NCBI GenBank assembly: GCA_963796275.1
Contig: CAWCKY010000003.1
Location: 256,001 to 320,000, forward strand
Source of the DNA: an uncultured Acidobacteriota bacterium
GTDB taxonomy: Bacteria; Acidobacteriota; Blastocatellia; RBC074
Length of the DNA: 64,000 nucleotides
Reading direction: 5' to 3'
Position numbers and translations under genes: made by a program. The notes below the pieces were generated by a model, which saw only the letters and a list, made by a program, of their open reading frames with translations, was not told the origin of the DNA and made no database searches. Positions 1-9,106 of this stretch are shown here, piece by piece. Position 1 is the stretch's first letter, and each line of letters opens with the position of its first letter.

Positions 1-262
1 CTGAGTTCTCGCAATTATTGTTGTTGTATTGCGCGGCAGCGTATTTCACATCGGGCGCATTCTGTTCCAGCCATCGACTGAATTCGGGGTGAAGCGGGTC
101 AAGTCCATAGTGCTGCCACAAAAGAGCAATCATCACTGCGCTCGATGAGACCGTTTTTCCCTCGCTACCGGCAGACATTTCTACCACAACCGAGAGCAGA
201 TCATCCATTGAACCCGCTGGATTCTGCCTTTTTCGCGCAAAAATATTGATGCTCTGGAACAT
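1..262 (-). CDS. hypothetical protein, runs off the window's left edge (MFQSINIFARKRQNPAGSMDDLLSVVVEM...)
   Basis: ATG at 262 preceded by AAAAAGGA; reading frame open to position 1; not in the ORF track. Confidence 0.5.
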   Translation of the reverse strand, partial: MFQSINIFARKRQNPAGSMDDLLSVVVEMSAGSEGKTVSSSAVMIALLWQHYGLDPLHPEFSRWLEQNAPDVKYAAAQYNNNNCENS

Positions 263-384
263 TTAATTATCCTTTTTATTTTTCTGGAGGGCACTTTTGC
301 GGGGCTTTTTCAAGTCGAACAATTTCCCCTTCTCGCTTTCAGGTGCTGGAAATGAATGAAACATGTCGTGGAGAGTTAAGAAGC

Positions 385-413
385 TTGACACATCTTCCGC
401 TGGCCTGTAGTAT
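385..413 (+). promoter_or_regulatory. sigma70-type promoter of the tRNA pair
   Basis: TTGACA (385-390), 17 bp spacer, TAGTAT (408-413), about 22 nt upstream of tRNA-Val. Confidence 0.75.
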
Positions 414-435
414 TTTCGCTCGTTCGATAATACGG

Positions 436-507
436 AGGCACGTATGTCAATGGTAGACGGCTTCCCTTACAAGGAAGAGGTTGGGGGTTCGAGTCCCTCC
501 GTGCCTA
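436..507 (+). tRNA. tRNA-Val(TAC)
   Basis: Acceptor AGGCACG/CGTGCCT+A; anticodon arm CTTCC-ctTACaa-GGAAG; T-arm GGGGG-TTCGAGT-CCCTC; CCA not encoded. Confidence 0.9.
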
Positions 508-543
508 TTCGATTTCAAATCTGATAGTTGATTTGAAGTTTGA

Positions 544-625
<82 letters not shown>

Positions 626-658
626 TAAAAGATTCAGTACCCTGAAATATAAATAGTT

Positions 659-683
659 GCCGCTCGACCTGCGGGCGGCTTTG
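659..683 (+). terminator. probable intrinsic terminator of the tRNA operon
   Basis: GCCGCTCG-acctg-CGGGCGGC hairpin followed by TTTG. Confidence 0.5.
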
Positions 684-702
684 CCATCTTATCATTGTAG
701 CG

Positions 703-875
703 CTCAGCCCGTTACTGCGGGCTTCTTCGCATGGCTTCAGCCTGTTCCTCGAGCACGGATGGTGAAGCCGAGACTCAAGGACGCTCAAGCGCCCTCAGTG
801 AATACTCCTCAAGCTGACCAGTCCCCAACCGACTGGCCTATGGTCCTGCGGGAAAGCCCGGGCTGCCGGGCCGAA
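703..875 (-). ncRNA. candidate structured RNA, about 173 nt, rod-like (6S-like or a moeA leader); identity unresolved
   Basis: End-to-end pairing on the minus strand with many G-U pairs: UUCGGCCCG/CGGGCUGAG, CGGGCUUU/GAAGCCCG, CAGUCGGUU/AACAGGCUG, apical ACUGAGGGCGC-UUGA-GCGUCCUUGAGU. Confidence 0.4.
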
Positions 876-886
876 TAAATATTTCT

Positions 887-2098
887 ATGCTCAGCATCGA
901 TGATGCGCTCAATATTATATTGGAAAATACGCCTTTTCTGGCGGACAAGCATATCGCGCTTACAGAGGCAGAAGGATATTTCTTACGACGCGATGCATTA
1001 TCTGATCTCGATCTGCCGCCGTTCGACCGAGCACGAATGGACGGGTATGCGGTAAGAGCGGTTGACACAGAAAGTGCGTCATCCGGGCGGCCCGCACGAT
1101 TACGCGCAACAGGCGAGGCTGCTGCTGGTCACGCTTTCGATGGCGTCGTCGGAGTCGGCGAAGCAGTTCGGATAATGACCGGCGCCCCGCTGCCGTCAGG
1201 CGCTGATGCAGTCCAGAAGATCGAAGTCATCCGTCTCCTCGATAACGGCTGGATCGAAATCGATGAACCGGTTAAACCGGGCCAATTCGTATCGCCCCGC
1301 GGAATCGAGGCGCGGGCTGGAGAGGTAATGGTCCGTAAGGGCGAGCGCATCACACCTTCGGTTGCCGCAGTCCTAGCCAGCTTTGGATGCGCCAGGGTAA
1401 CGGTCTCGCGCAAGCCTCGCATCGCGGTGCTTTCGACCGGCACGGAACTCGTCGAGGTCGATCAGAAACCCGGCCCTTCACAAATTCGCAATTCCAACAC
1501 TTATTCGCTCGCGGGATATGCGCGGGGTGCGGGATGCGAAACAGTCAGCGCGCGTTTGGTCCGTGATGATCTGGATGCCACTCGCACAGCTATCGCCGAT
1601 GCGTTACAAGAAGCCGATGTCGCCATACTCTCGGGCGGCGTCTCCATGGGAGACTATGATTTGGTCAAGCCCGCGCTGCGCGACCTGGGCGCAAAGGTTT
1701 GGGTTGAGAAAGTTGCGATGCACCCGGGAAAACCTACGGTCTTCGCTGGCCTCGGTGAGAAAATAATTTTCGGATTGCCGGGCAATCCCGTATCGGTGGC
1801 TGTATCGTTCCATCTTTTCGCGCGCCCGGCGCTTCTCAAGATGCAGGGTGCGAGAGAAATCGATCTTCCGCGAGTGCGCGCATATTTGACGCGCCCGGTA
1901 AAGGGTGCGCCGCCGCGCCGCAGTCATCAGCCGGCCAGACTGATGGTACGCGAAGGCCGGGCGGAAGCTGATCCTCTCAAGTGGAGCGGTTCGTCCGACC
2001 TGATCGCTTTTATGGGCGCCGATGCATTGATCGTCGTTCCCGAAGATTGCCAGGGATTGAATGAAGGCGAGCTGGTTGACGTTATTCTGATCAGATAG
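887..2098 (+). CDS. moeA: molybdopterin molybdotransferase
   Basis: [32 protein letters not shown] and GLPGNPVS motifs. Confidence 0.95.
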   Translation: MLSIDDALNIILENTPFLADKHIALTEAEGYFLRRDALSDLDLPPFDRARMDGYAVRAVDTESASSGRPARLRATGEAAAGHAFDGVVGVGEAVRIMTGAPLPSGADAVQKIEVIRLLDNGWIEIDEPVKPGQFVSPRGIEARAGEVMVRKGERITPSVAAVLASFGCARVTVSRKPRIAVLSTGTELVEVDQKPGPSQIRNSNTYSLAGYARGAGCETVSARLVRDDLDATRTAIADALQEADVAILSGGVSMGDYDLVKPALRDLGAKVWVEKVAMHPGKPTVFAGLGEKIIFGLPGNPVSVAVSFHLFARPALLKMQGAREIDLPRVRAYLTRPVKGAPPRRSHQPARLMVREGRAEADPLKWSGSSDLIAFMGADALIVVPEDCQGLNEGELVDVILIR

Positions 2099-2223
2099 CG
2101 GAATTGTATGGTGCCAATAGACAGGGGGACGGAAGCCCGCCTATATGATCGGTGGCGGATTCCTATCTTCTGAATTGGGAGTCTGTCTCCATGCTTCCGC
2201 ATCCTTTATCCTTCAAATTCGTA

Positions 2224-2715
2224 ATGTCAGATCAATCGCAAAAAAATCTTTCGCATATTGATGAAGAAGGCCGGATCAAGATGGTTGATGTGGGTGATAA
2301 GTCAGCCACCCGGCGCACCGCCGAGGCAAGCGGGATGGTCAAGCTATCACCCGAAACGGTAGCGGCGATCCGCGAGCGGCGTACGAAAAAAGGAGATCCG
2401 CTCGAGACTGCGCGGCTTGCGGGAATAATGGGCGCTAAACGCACATCCGAGCTGATCCCGCTCTGCCATCCGTTAGCCCTGACGCATATCGATGTGCAGA
2501 TTAAGCTTGCCGATGACGGTGCGCAGATCACTGCCACGGCGTCGACTACCGGACAGACGGGGGTAGAGATGGAAGCGCTCACGGCCGTCTCGGTCACGGC
2601 TTTGACGCTCTATGATATGTGCAAAGCGATCGATCGGGCGATGACGATCAGCGATATCCGGCTCGAACGCAAGATTGGCGGGCGTTCGGGCGAATGGCGA
2701 AGAGAGACGAGTTAA
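2224..2715 (+). CDS. moaC: cyclic pyranopterin monophosphate synthase MoaC
   Basis: [27 protein letters not shown] and YDMCKA motifs; start set to ATG 2224. Confidence 0.95.
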   Translation: MSDQSQKNLSHIDEEGRIKMVDVGDKSATRRTAEASGMVKLSPETVAAIRERRTKKGDPLETARLAGIMGAKRTSELIPLCHPLALTHIDVQIKLADDGAQITATASTTGQTGVEMEALTAVSVTALTLYDMCKAIDRAMTISDIRLERKIGGRSGEWRRETS

Positions 2716-2720
2716 TCCTT

Positions 2721-3557
2721 ATGGAGCTGGCTGAGGCGTTGAAAAAACTCGAGGAGGCGCTGGGCGAGCATTACGGTTGGTCAAGCCACCCATTTCTGCG
2801 CCAGGAGATCAACACCGCGATCGCGCTCAAAGCCGGACGCCTGGGGATAACGCCGAGCAAATATTGCCAGATAGCAGCGGGGAGCCAGAGTGAATTGCTG
2901 GCGTTGGTTGAAGAGACCGCGATGGGCGATTCGTATTTTTTCCGCGAACGCGATCAATTCGAATGTCTGCGGACTAAAATCTTGCCGGAGCTGATGCACA
3001 GCCATCCACCGAATGGCAGATTGCGTCTCTGGAGTACAGCCTGCTCGACGGGGGAGGAAGCCTATTCGCTGGCGATCGCTTTCGATCAGGCGAGAACCGA
3101 TCACAACCAGTTGAAGGCGGAGGTCTTCGCCACCGACCTTCGCAACCGAGCGCTGCTGGAAGCGAGTCAGGCCCGTTACCGGTCGGTATCCTTGCGTGAA
3201 TTGGATGATGAGACGCGCAAGAGATATTTCGAAAAAACCGGTTTCTTTTCCCGCAAATCATCCAGCGAATTTTACACAGTCATCCCGGACATCCGCCGGG
3301 TCGTTACTTTTCGCCGGGTCAACCTGCTCGACCGGCTTTTCTGGAAAGGCATCAACAGCAAATTCGATCTGATCGTTTGCGCCAACCAGTTGCTCTTTCT
3401 GCATGGGTATGCGGGGAGACAGATGGTCCAGAATCTTACCAATTCATTACGTGAAGGCGGCTATCTGATGGTCGCGCCCAATGAAATAAAATTGGTCAAT
3501 TCATCCCGCTTCATCCAGCTCGTTAATTACCCTACTTTTTTCCGGCGTCTGGTTTGA
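2721..3557 (+). CDS. cheR: CheR-type protein-glutamate methyltransferase
   Basis: [31 protein letters not shown] and FDLIVCAN motifs; ATG 5 nt after the moaC stop. Confidence 0.8.
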   Translation: MELAEALKKLEEALGEHYGWSSHPFLRQEINTAIALKAGRLGITPSKYCQIAAGSQSELLALVEETAMGDSYFFRERDQFECLRTKILPELMHSHPPNGRLRLWSTACSTGEEAYSLAIAFDQARTDHNQLKAEVFATDLRNRALLEASQARYRSVSLRELDDETRKRYFEKTGFFSRKSSSEFYTVIPDIRRVVTFRRVNLLDRLFWKGINSKFDLIVCANQLLFLHGYAGRQMVQNLTNSLREGGYLMVAPNEIKLVNSSRFIQLVNYPTFFRRLV

Positions 3558-3559
3558 AT

Positions 3560-3829
3560 CTATCTGTTGGGCAGATCGAGAGTCTCGAGCACGATCTCCA
3601 AAGAACGTGCGGCGATGTCGCGCGTACGTTCGCTCCAGCCCATCTGCTCGCGGTTCTGTTCGTAATCGCGACGCACCCGCTCTCTCAGTCTTTCAATGAA
3701 ATCTTCAGGGTTGGGCGATTTTTCAATCGCATGGTCAATTTCGCGATATGCGTTGTGAATAGTGATCAACCAGTCTGATGCGTGGTATTCAGGTGTTCCC
3801 GGTTCTGCGCTGAACTTCGCAGTAGCCAT
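3560..3829 (-). CDS. small hypothetical protein
   Basis: 89 aa ORF with a GGAG RBS, downstream of and co-oriented with the M20 gene. Confidence 0.6.
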   Translation of the reverse strand: MATAKFSAEPGTPEYHASDWLITIHNAYREIDHAIEKSPNPEDFIERLRERVRRDYEQNREQMGWSERTRDIAARSLEIVLETLDLPNR

Positions 3830-3887
3830 TTTGATAAACTCCGTGTCAATTAAAGTGTGAGATGGAATGCAATCTTTATCTCAAATC

Positions 3888-4898
3888 TCAGATTTGAGAT
3901 TTCATTAGCGTACGCACCATACGAGCGTAAGTCTCGACGGCATTCAACAGGTCCTGTTTGCGAATGTATTCGTGTGCCGTATGTGCATCGTGGATCGAGC
4001 CCGGGCCGAAAAGCAGGGGGCGGCCCCAATTGGTCAGGCACGGAATATCTGTCCCGAAGCGTACGACGTTCGTGGGGATATCAATTTCTTTCACCGTGTG
4101 CATGTGGATCGGGGGGATGGAAAATCCGCGCTTTATCTCTGCACGCCCGCTTCCGATCTCGATCACTTGCCGGAAAAGATCATCGGGAGAGTAGACCGTA
4201 CGAAACATCAGTTCGGCGGCGGCGAAATCGGGTACGACGTTGGGTTTGCGCCCTCCGCTGATCGTTCCGACATTGCAGGTTGTCGGCCCGAGTTCCGGCT
4301 CAACCGGCCAGTCTGCGTTTCTGATGTCATTTATAATGTCGAGCAGTTTTTCGATCGCCGATTCGCCCAGTTCGGGATAAGCCGAATGAGCAGCGCGGCC
4401 TTTTGTTTCGATGACCACCCGCAGCGCCCCTTTGGTCGCTATTGCTTGATGGCTTTCGGTCGGCTCGCCGTTGATCAGATATCGGTTCCGGTTGGGAATC
4501 CCGTTCGCCGCCATCGCGCCGTCGCTCCCGTCTTCTTCGCCGACGACGTAGAGCAGGCCGATGTCTTTCAGCCCTTCCGCCTTCAATCTCTTAGCAGCAA
4601 ATACCTGCGCGGCGATCACCCCCTTCGCATCGCATGCGCCGCGCCCGTAAATATTCCCCTCGTCTTCGCTGAATCCGATGAACGGCGGTACCGTGTCGAT
4701 ATGCGATGAAAAAGTGACGAGCGGGTCGCCGATGCGCGCATAGACGTTAATGCGGTCATCGCTCACCGGCTGCGCCGTAACCTGGAAGCCGGCGTCTGAC
4801 AGGTAGTCGCGCAGCCATCGTCCGACCGCCCCTTCGTTCCAGGAGATCGATTCGATCTCCATCAATTCCCGTGTGAACTGAAATATATCCATAGCCAT
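3888..4898 (-). CDS. M20 family metallopeptidase (DapE/ArgE-like desuccinylase)
   Basis: SHIDTVPP, GRGACDAKG, GEE, GEPT, GRAAHS and GPGSIHDAH motifs; follows dapD. Confidence 0.85.
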   Translation of the reverse strand: MAMDIFQFTRELMEIESISWNEGAVGRWLRDYLSDAGFQVTAQPVSDDRINVYARIGDPLVTFSSHIDTVPPFIGFSEDEGNIYGRGACDAKGVIAAQVFAAKRLKAEGLKDIGLLYVVGEEDGSDGAMAANGIPNRNRYLINGEPTESHQAIATKGALRVVIETKGRAAHSAYPELGESAIEKLLDIINDIRNADWPVEPELGPTTCNVGTISGGRKPNVVPDFAAAELMFRTVYSPDDLFRQVIEIGSGRAEIKRGFSIPPIHMHTVKEIDIPTNVVRFGTDIPCLTNWGRPLLFGPGSIHDAHTAHEYIRKQDLLNAVETYARMVRTLMKSQI

Positions 4899-5049
4899 TA
4901 GCGAGGGGCGATTATAAATGGGCTTTGCAATATTGAGAAGTAAAGAGAGAATCAATACCGCGAGCGATAGATAACCATGCCCCATTACTGGTTAAATTTC
5001 GGGGCGCTCTATTGTCACCGATTAAGGTAATGCCTATTCATTTCTCTCC

Positions 5050-5898
5050 TCAACGCAAGAATTCTTCCAGCTTCACTGCCGTCTCCGTCTTCTCATCGCG
5101 ATATTTGATGATGATGGGGGCATAGACCGACAACCCCCAGTCTTTCGCTGCTCCGACCGTAACCGCTCGTGAGCCGGGGACCACGACCGCTCCGGGCGGA
5201 ACCTCTAGCGGCTTTTCCCCTTCGCGCCGGTATATCTCGCCGCGAACCGCATCGAAGATCGGCGTCGATCCGGTCAATATCACGCCCGCGGCCAGGATAG
5301 CGCGTTCGCGAACGATCGCGCCTTCATAAACGCCGCAATTGCCGCCGATGAGCACTTCGTCCTCGATGATCACCGGCATCGCGCCCACAGGTTCCAGGAC
5401 GCCGCCGATCTGAGCGGCAGCGCTGACGTGGCATCGCTTTCCCACCTGAGCGCAGGATCCGATGAGCGCGTGCGAATCGACCATCGTTCCGTCGTCAACA
5501 TAAGCCCCAGCGTTGATGTAGGCCGGCGGCATAATCGTCACTCCACGTCCCAGATAAACGCCATCGCGGATCGTCGAACCGCCCGGCACAATACGCACAC
5601 CGTCGGCGATTGTCACGCGTTTTGTCGGATAGGTCTCTTTGTCGAAAAAACGAAAATTATCGTCGATTGAGCAGTCGACCAGGGCGCCCAGGCGGAACCC
5701 CAGCAGGATGCCGCGTTTGACCCATTGATGGACTATCCATCGATCGCCGGTCTCTCTGCTGGCAGCCCGCACTTCACCGCGATTGAGCGCGACCTTAAAT
5801 TCGTTGAATACGGCCAGTCCTTCGCGTCTTTGCTCTTCGGTCGGTTCGGTGATCTGGAAAAATGATTCGATTTGTGACTTGAGATTCGAGATATTCAT
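5050..5898 (-). CDS. dapD: tetrahydrodipicolinate N-succinyltransferase
   Basis: WVKRGILLGF, RIVPGG, YVDDGTMVDSHALIGSCAQVG and IGGVLEP hexapeptide region. Confidence 0.95.
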   Translation of the reverse strand: MNISNLKSQIESFFQITEPTEEQRREGLAVFNEFKVALNRGEVRAASRETGDRWIVHQWVKRGILLGFRLGALVDCSIDDNFRFFDKETYPTKRVTIADGVRIVPGGSTIRDGVYLGRGVTIMPPAYINAGAYVDDGTMVDSHALIGSCAQVGKRCHVSAAAQIGGVLEPVGAMPVIIEDEVLIGGNCGVYEGAIVRERAILAAGVILTGSTPIFDAVRGEIYRREGEKPLEVPPGAVVVPGSRAVTVGAAKDWGLSVYAPIIIKYRDEKTETAVKLEEFLR

Positions 5899-6035
5899 GG
5901 TTTCTCTTCGGGCGGCGGCTCATTGGACTCTTTCTTGCGGCGCCAGGCTGTGACGAAATGAATGATTATCGCCAGCGCAAACATGCCGATGATCAGGAGT
6001 GCGATGCTGCCGATATATTGGAGTAAGTCGGACAT
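5895..6035 (-). CDS. 46-aa single-pass membrane protein (MSDLLQYIGSIALLIIGMFALAIIIHFVTAWRRKKESNEPPPEEKP)
   Basis: Hydrophobic helix followed by RRKK; its TGA overlaps the dapD ATG (ATGA); below the ORF-track cutoff. Confidence 0.6.
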   Translation of the reverse strand: MSDLLQYIGSIALLIIGMFALAIIIHFVTAWRRKKESNEPPPEEKP

Positions 6036-6040
6036 AAGAT

Positions 6041-6101
6041 AGTTTTCAGTTTTTAGTTTTCAGCTTGAGTCGCCCCTGAAACTGAAAACTGAAAACTGAA
6101 A
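6041..6101. repeat. inverted heptamer arms (AGTTTTC)n ... (GAAAACT)n
   Basis: agttttcagtttttagttttcag-cttgagtcgccc-ctgaaactgaaaactgaaaactgaa. Confidence 0.9.
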
Positions 6102-6264
6102 TTAACTGCTCAGCCTCTTCGCCGCGTTAGCGGCGGCTGATTGTAGCCGTGGGTTTTAACCCACGGCGGGATTGAAGGACATTCCCGCGTCGCGTCAGCG
6201 ACGCCTGAATTCAACCGTCGCTGACGCGACGTGAAAAAATTTACCGCCACCGTGGGTTAAAACC

Positions 6265-7659
6265 CACTGGTATCTACACATTTCCGACGGTCAGGAATAG
6301 CCTGGCACAATGAGCCGGGCCATCTGTTTAAGGTCATTGAGGTCATAATGTTCGAGCAATTCAAGTGTCGACAAGAAACTCCAAAACCCAGCCAACAATG
6401 CTGGTGCAGTGGGTTGCCCACGCCGAACTTGTCGACCGCTCAATCGCACCAAGAGATTGCGCAGGGTGACCGTCTGCGGATCCGTTGCGCGTTGGATGTG
6501 CCAGACTACGACACAAGCCATGGCCACCACCAACAAACGTTTGGCAATCGCCTCAGCAGTTTCCTGCTGCCACTGGTCGACTTGGAAACCATGGCTTTTA
6601 AGCAACTTGAAGTAAGATTCAATTCTCCAGCGCCAGTAGTACCATTCGGCCAGTTGCTCAGCGCTGATGCCAGCCGGCACGTTACTGAGCAAGTACCATT
6701 CAGCCGCAATCGTTTCATCGGGCAAGCGCAGTTGACAGACAATCAAGCGCAGTTCGAGCGGCTCACCTTTGATCCATTGACGCTTGCCCCCGTCGCGCGC
6801 GCGGGGAAAGGCCGGACGATCAATGACGATGCTGGTTTCGCCCACAAACAGTTGCCCAATGAGATTGGCCGAAATCTCTACCGCTTGGCTAGCGCGCAAG
6901 GCGACCTGTGCTGCGACCTGGCTCAACGGTTGTGTCCGCTCCTGCCAAACAACTCTCTGTTCCCCGTTGGCACGTACTTCAAACAGATGGCCTTCACTAT
7001 TCCATTGACGATAGTGAAAGATCGAGTCGCCTTCCCGATCAATGATGTGGACCAGCGGCAACGACAGTTTTTGCTTCTGCGAAGCCCGCATTGTCTGGCT
7101 CACCAATCCCAGGGGCGACCAATCTCTGTGCCTCTCTTCATCAAGCGTTGTGTGCCATCCATCATTGGCCCACAGCCCAAGGCTGATCGGCGCTATCGGC
7201 GCCCCGCTCTGGTCGCTCAGCAGCAACGTGGTCGCCAGTTTGTAGCCCAAGTCGCTGCCGATTTTTTTCCGATCCTTCTTGCTCGTGTGCGTTCCGTAGC
7301 GCAGATCAGACCAGTCGTGGATCGCCAGTCCATACCGTCGACAGACAAGCGGCATCTCCCGCCGAGCTTGTTCTACCAACGGTTCGACCAGCCCCGTCAG
7401 CTTCACATTGGGGTTGGCATAAAATCGCCAGGCCGCTTGCGTGCTGGCAAACGCTTCATTAACGCTCGGCAGCGCACGCGATCCAGCAGCTTGATTCTCG
7501 CTTGTATGGAGATGTTCATTCACCAGCCTCTCATACCGTCTTTGCAAACGGGGGTCAAATGGAGGTTTGAGGAGAAACATTCAAAGAGCATATTCTTCGG
7601 TAGGTTTGATTGCGATAACTCTTTGCAACCAAACGCAAAAACTTGTGTAGATACCAGTG
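6265..7659 (-). mobile_element. IS4-family insertion sequence (IS50-like), about 1.4 kb
   Basis: 16-bp terminal IRs CACTGGTATCTACACA / TGTGTAGATACCAGTG; flanking duplication GGTTAAAACC (6255-6264, 7661-7670; one extra C at 7660 leaves the exact boundary ambiguous). Confidence 0.92.
6291..7580 (-). CDS. IS4-family DDE transposase
   Basis: N-terminal DPRLQRR...AAWRFYAN, catalytic HDWS and DREGD, YREK-like Y-YW-R-WRI-E-SYFKLL-K. Confidence 0.93.
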   Translation of the reverse strand: MFLLKPPFDPRLQRRYERLVNEHLHTSENQAAGSRALPSVNEAFASTQAAWRFYANPNVKLTGLVEPLVEQARREMPLVCRRYGLAIHDWSDLRYGTHTSKKDRKKIGSDLGYKLATTLLLSDQSGAPIAPISLGLWANDGWHTTLDEERHRDWSPLGLVSQTMRASQKQKLSLPLVHIIDREGDSIFHYRQWNSEGHLFEVRANGEQRVVWQERTQPLSQVAAQVALRASQAVEISANLIGQLFVGETSIVIDRPAFPRARDGGKRQWIKGEPLELRLIVCQLRLPDETIAAEWYLLSNVPAGISAEQLAEWYYWRWRIESYFKLLKSHGFQVDQWQQETAEAIAKRLLVVAMACVVVWHIQRATDPQTVTLRNLLVRLSGRQVRRGQPTAPALLAGFWSFLSTLELLEHYDLNDLKQMARLIVPGYS

Positions 7660-7660
7660 C

Positions 7661-8020
7661 GGTTAAAACCCACGGCTACAATCAGCCGCCGCTAACGCGG
7701 CGAAGAGGCTGAGCAGTCACATTCAGTATCAGCGTTCAATTGTCAGCTTCAGTTTTTAGCCTTTCAGCCACCGTGGGTTAAAACCTGGTTAAAACCCACG
7801 GCTACAATCAACCGCCGCTAACGCGGCGAAGAGGCTGAGCAGTCACATTCAGTAATCAGCGTTCAATTGTCAGCTTCAGTTTTTAGCCTTTCAGCCACCG
7901 TGGGTTAAAACCTGGTTAAAACCCACGGCTACAATCAACCGCCGCTAACGCGGCGAAGAGGCTAGCAGTCACATTCAGTAATCAGCGTTCAATTGTCAGC
8001 TTCAGTTTTTAGCCTTTCAG
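7661..8020 (+). repeat. three tandem copies of a 126-127 bp unit (REP arm plus heptamer tract)
   Basis: Units start at 7661, 7787 and 7914, each GGTTAAAACCCACGGCTACAATC...GAGCAGTCACATTCAG...TTTTTAGCCTTTCAG. Confidence 0.9.
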
Positions 8021-8067
8021 CCTTTCAGCTTGAGTCTCTCCTGAAACTGAAAACTGAAAACTAAAAA
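8001..8067. repeat. inverted heptamer arms (TTTTCAG)/(CTGAAAA)
   Basis: ttcagtttttagcctttcagcctttcag-cttgagtctctc-ctgaaactgaaaactgaaaactaaaaa; the loop resembles that of the 6041 copy. Confidence 0.85.
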
Positions 8068-8744
8068 CCGTTTTGCGCCAGCCAATTATTTATCACCGGA
8101 TAGGAATCGCGCGGCACTTCGTGATCCGCGTCGAAAAATCTCAATTCGACCGATTTGGCGCGTTTGCGCAGCGCCTCGGCGTTCGCGCGAATCCGTTCGG
8201 GCGTATAAAACTCGTCGCGTTCGGCCGCGATATAGAGCACATCGATTTTTCCGCTCTGATATTTTCCTTCGACCTGCCAGTCACCCGGAATGCCACCGCA
8301 AATGGCGACAACACCTTTCACCAGATGATTGTGGGTGAATGCGAAACGGAAATTTACCCCGACGGCCTGAGAAAAACCCATCAGGAATATGCGGCTGGCG
8401 TCCGCTTCGCCGGAATTCTTCAACTTTTCTATGATCTCTAACACGAGCCGGTGATGGAGCGCGACCGACTCTTCCGGTTTGAAATTGGTCAGCCAGCCGA
8501 ACCCGTAGCCCGGCTGCGTCGATTCTACCGCGGTCCTCACCATATGCTGATGCGGCCCCTGCAGCGCGGCGATAAGATAGTCGCGGTCATTGATTCGCCG
8601 CATAAGCTTCATCATCGATGTCTTGTCCCCGCCGTACCCGTGCATTGCGATGATCAGCGGTTTGGGTTTAGTACCTCCGGGATTGTAAAGATCGTAGTAA
8701 TACGGAAATTCCTGGACGCTGCGGCATTCTGTGATCTCGGCCAT
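8061..8744 (-). CDS. alpha/beta hydrolase (phospholipase/carboxylesterase family)
   Basis: HGYG oxyanion motif, GFSQA nucleophile elbow, D and H near the C-terminus; CAGGAG RBS before ATG 8744. Confidence 0.85.
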   Translation of the reverse strand: MAEITECRSVQEFPYYYDLYNPGGTKPKPLIIAMHGYGGDKTSMMKLMRRINDRDYLIAALQGPHQHMVRTAVESTQPGYGFGWLTNFKPEESVALHHRLVLEIIEKLKNSGEADASRIFLMGFSQAVGVNFRFAFTHNHLVKGVVAICGGIPGDWQVEGKYQSGKIDVLYIAAERDEFYTPERIRANAEALRKRAKSVELRFFDADHEVPRDSYPVINNWLAQNGF

Positions 8745-8812
8745 CTGATTCTCCTGGATCAAAAAAGAAGAAGCGAATCATAACGTAGATCGTCGTGTGT
8801 ACCAACCGGCAC

Positions 8813-8841
8813 TTGACTCTCGGTATAGTCAATCAGATAAT
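8813..8841 (+). promoter_or_regulatory. candidate sigma70 promoter for the TonB receptor, overlapped by a TTGACT/AGTCAA inverted repeat
   Basis: TTGACT-17 bp-GATAAT. Confidence 0.45.
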
Positions 8842-9106
8842 CCGCCTCAGCCGACGAGGTTGATCCGTCAAACATGACTTGTCTTGATTCAACCAAGGCT
8901 CCTCAGTTGGCATCTAACGTCTTTGCTGGGACGACAAAGCATACCTAACCAGTACAGTTCTGAATAAATCATTTATGGATTGCTCTTGAATTATTCAGCG
9001 GAGTATCTCCTCATGCATTTCGGGCTGACCGCGCTGTGGTAAGTCATTAACCGATGATTGCGTAGGTGTAGATATACTCCGCCACACGCAAGGAAGGAAG
9101 GTAAAG

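Larger units (their letters stand above)
6105..7717. repeat. REP/REPIN-like composite palindrome, interrupted by the IS
   Basis: 62-bp arm at 6105-6166 (contains GTAG-CCGTGGG-ttttaa-CCCACGG) is perfectly inverted at 6250-6264 plus 7671-7717; inner pair GTCGCGTCAGCGAC / GTCGCTGACGCGAC. Confidence 0.85.

Noticed and set aside
703-886. Canonical Moco riboswitch upstream of moeA
   Set aside because: The conserved GCCUCC...GAAAGG 3' elements are not evident; kept only as an unassigned structured RNA candidate.
6348-7712. 454-aa ORF antisense to the transposase
   Set aside because: It shadows the IS4 transposase, has no recognisable motifs and runs out into the REP; long antisense frames are common in GC-rich coding DNA.
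7661-8020. Possible CRISPR array
   Set aside because: The units are near-identical over their whole ~126 bp with no unique spacers, and there are no cas genes.
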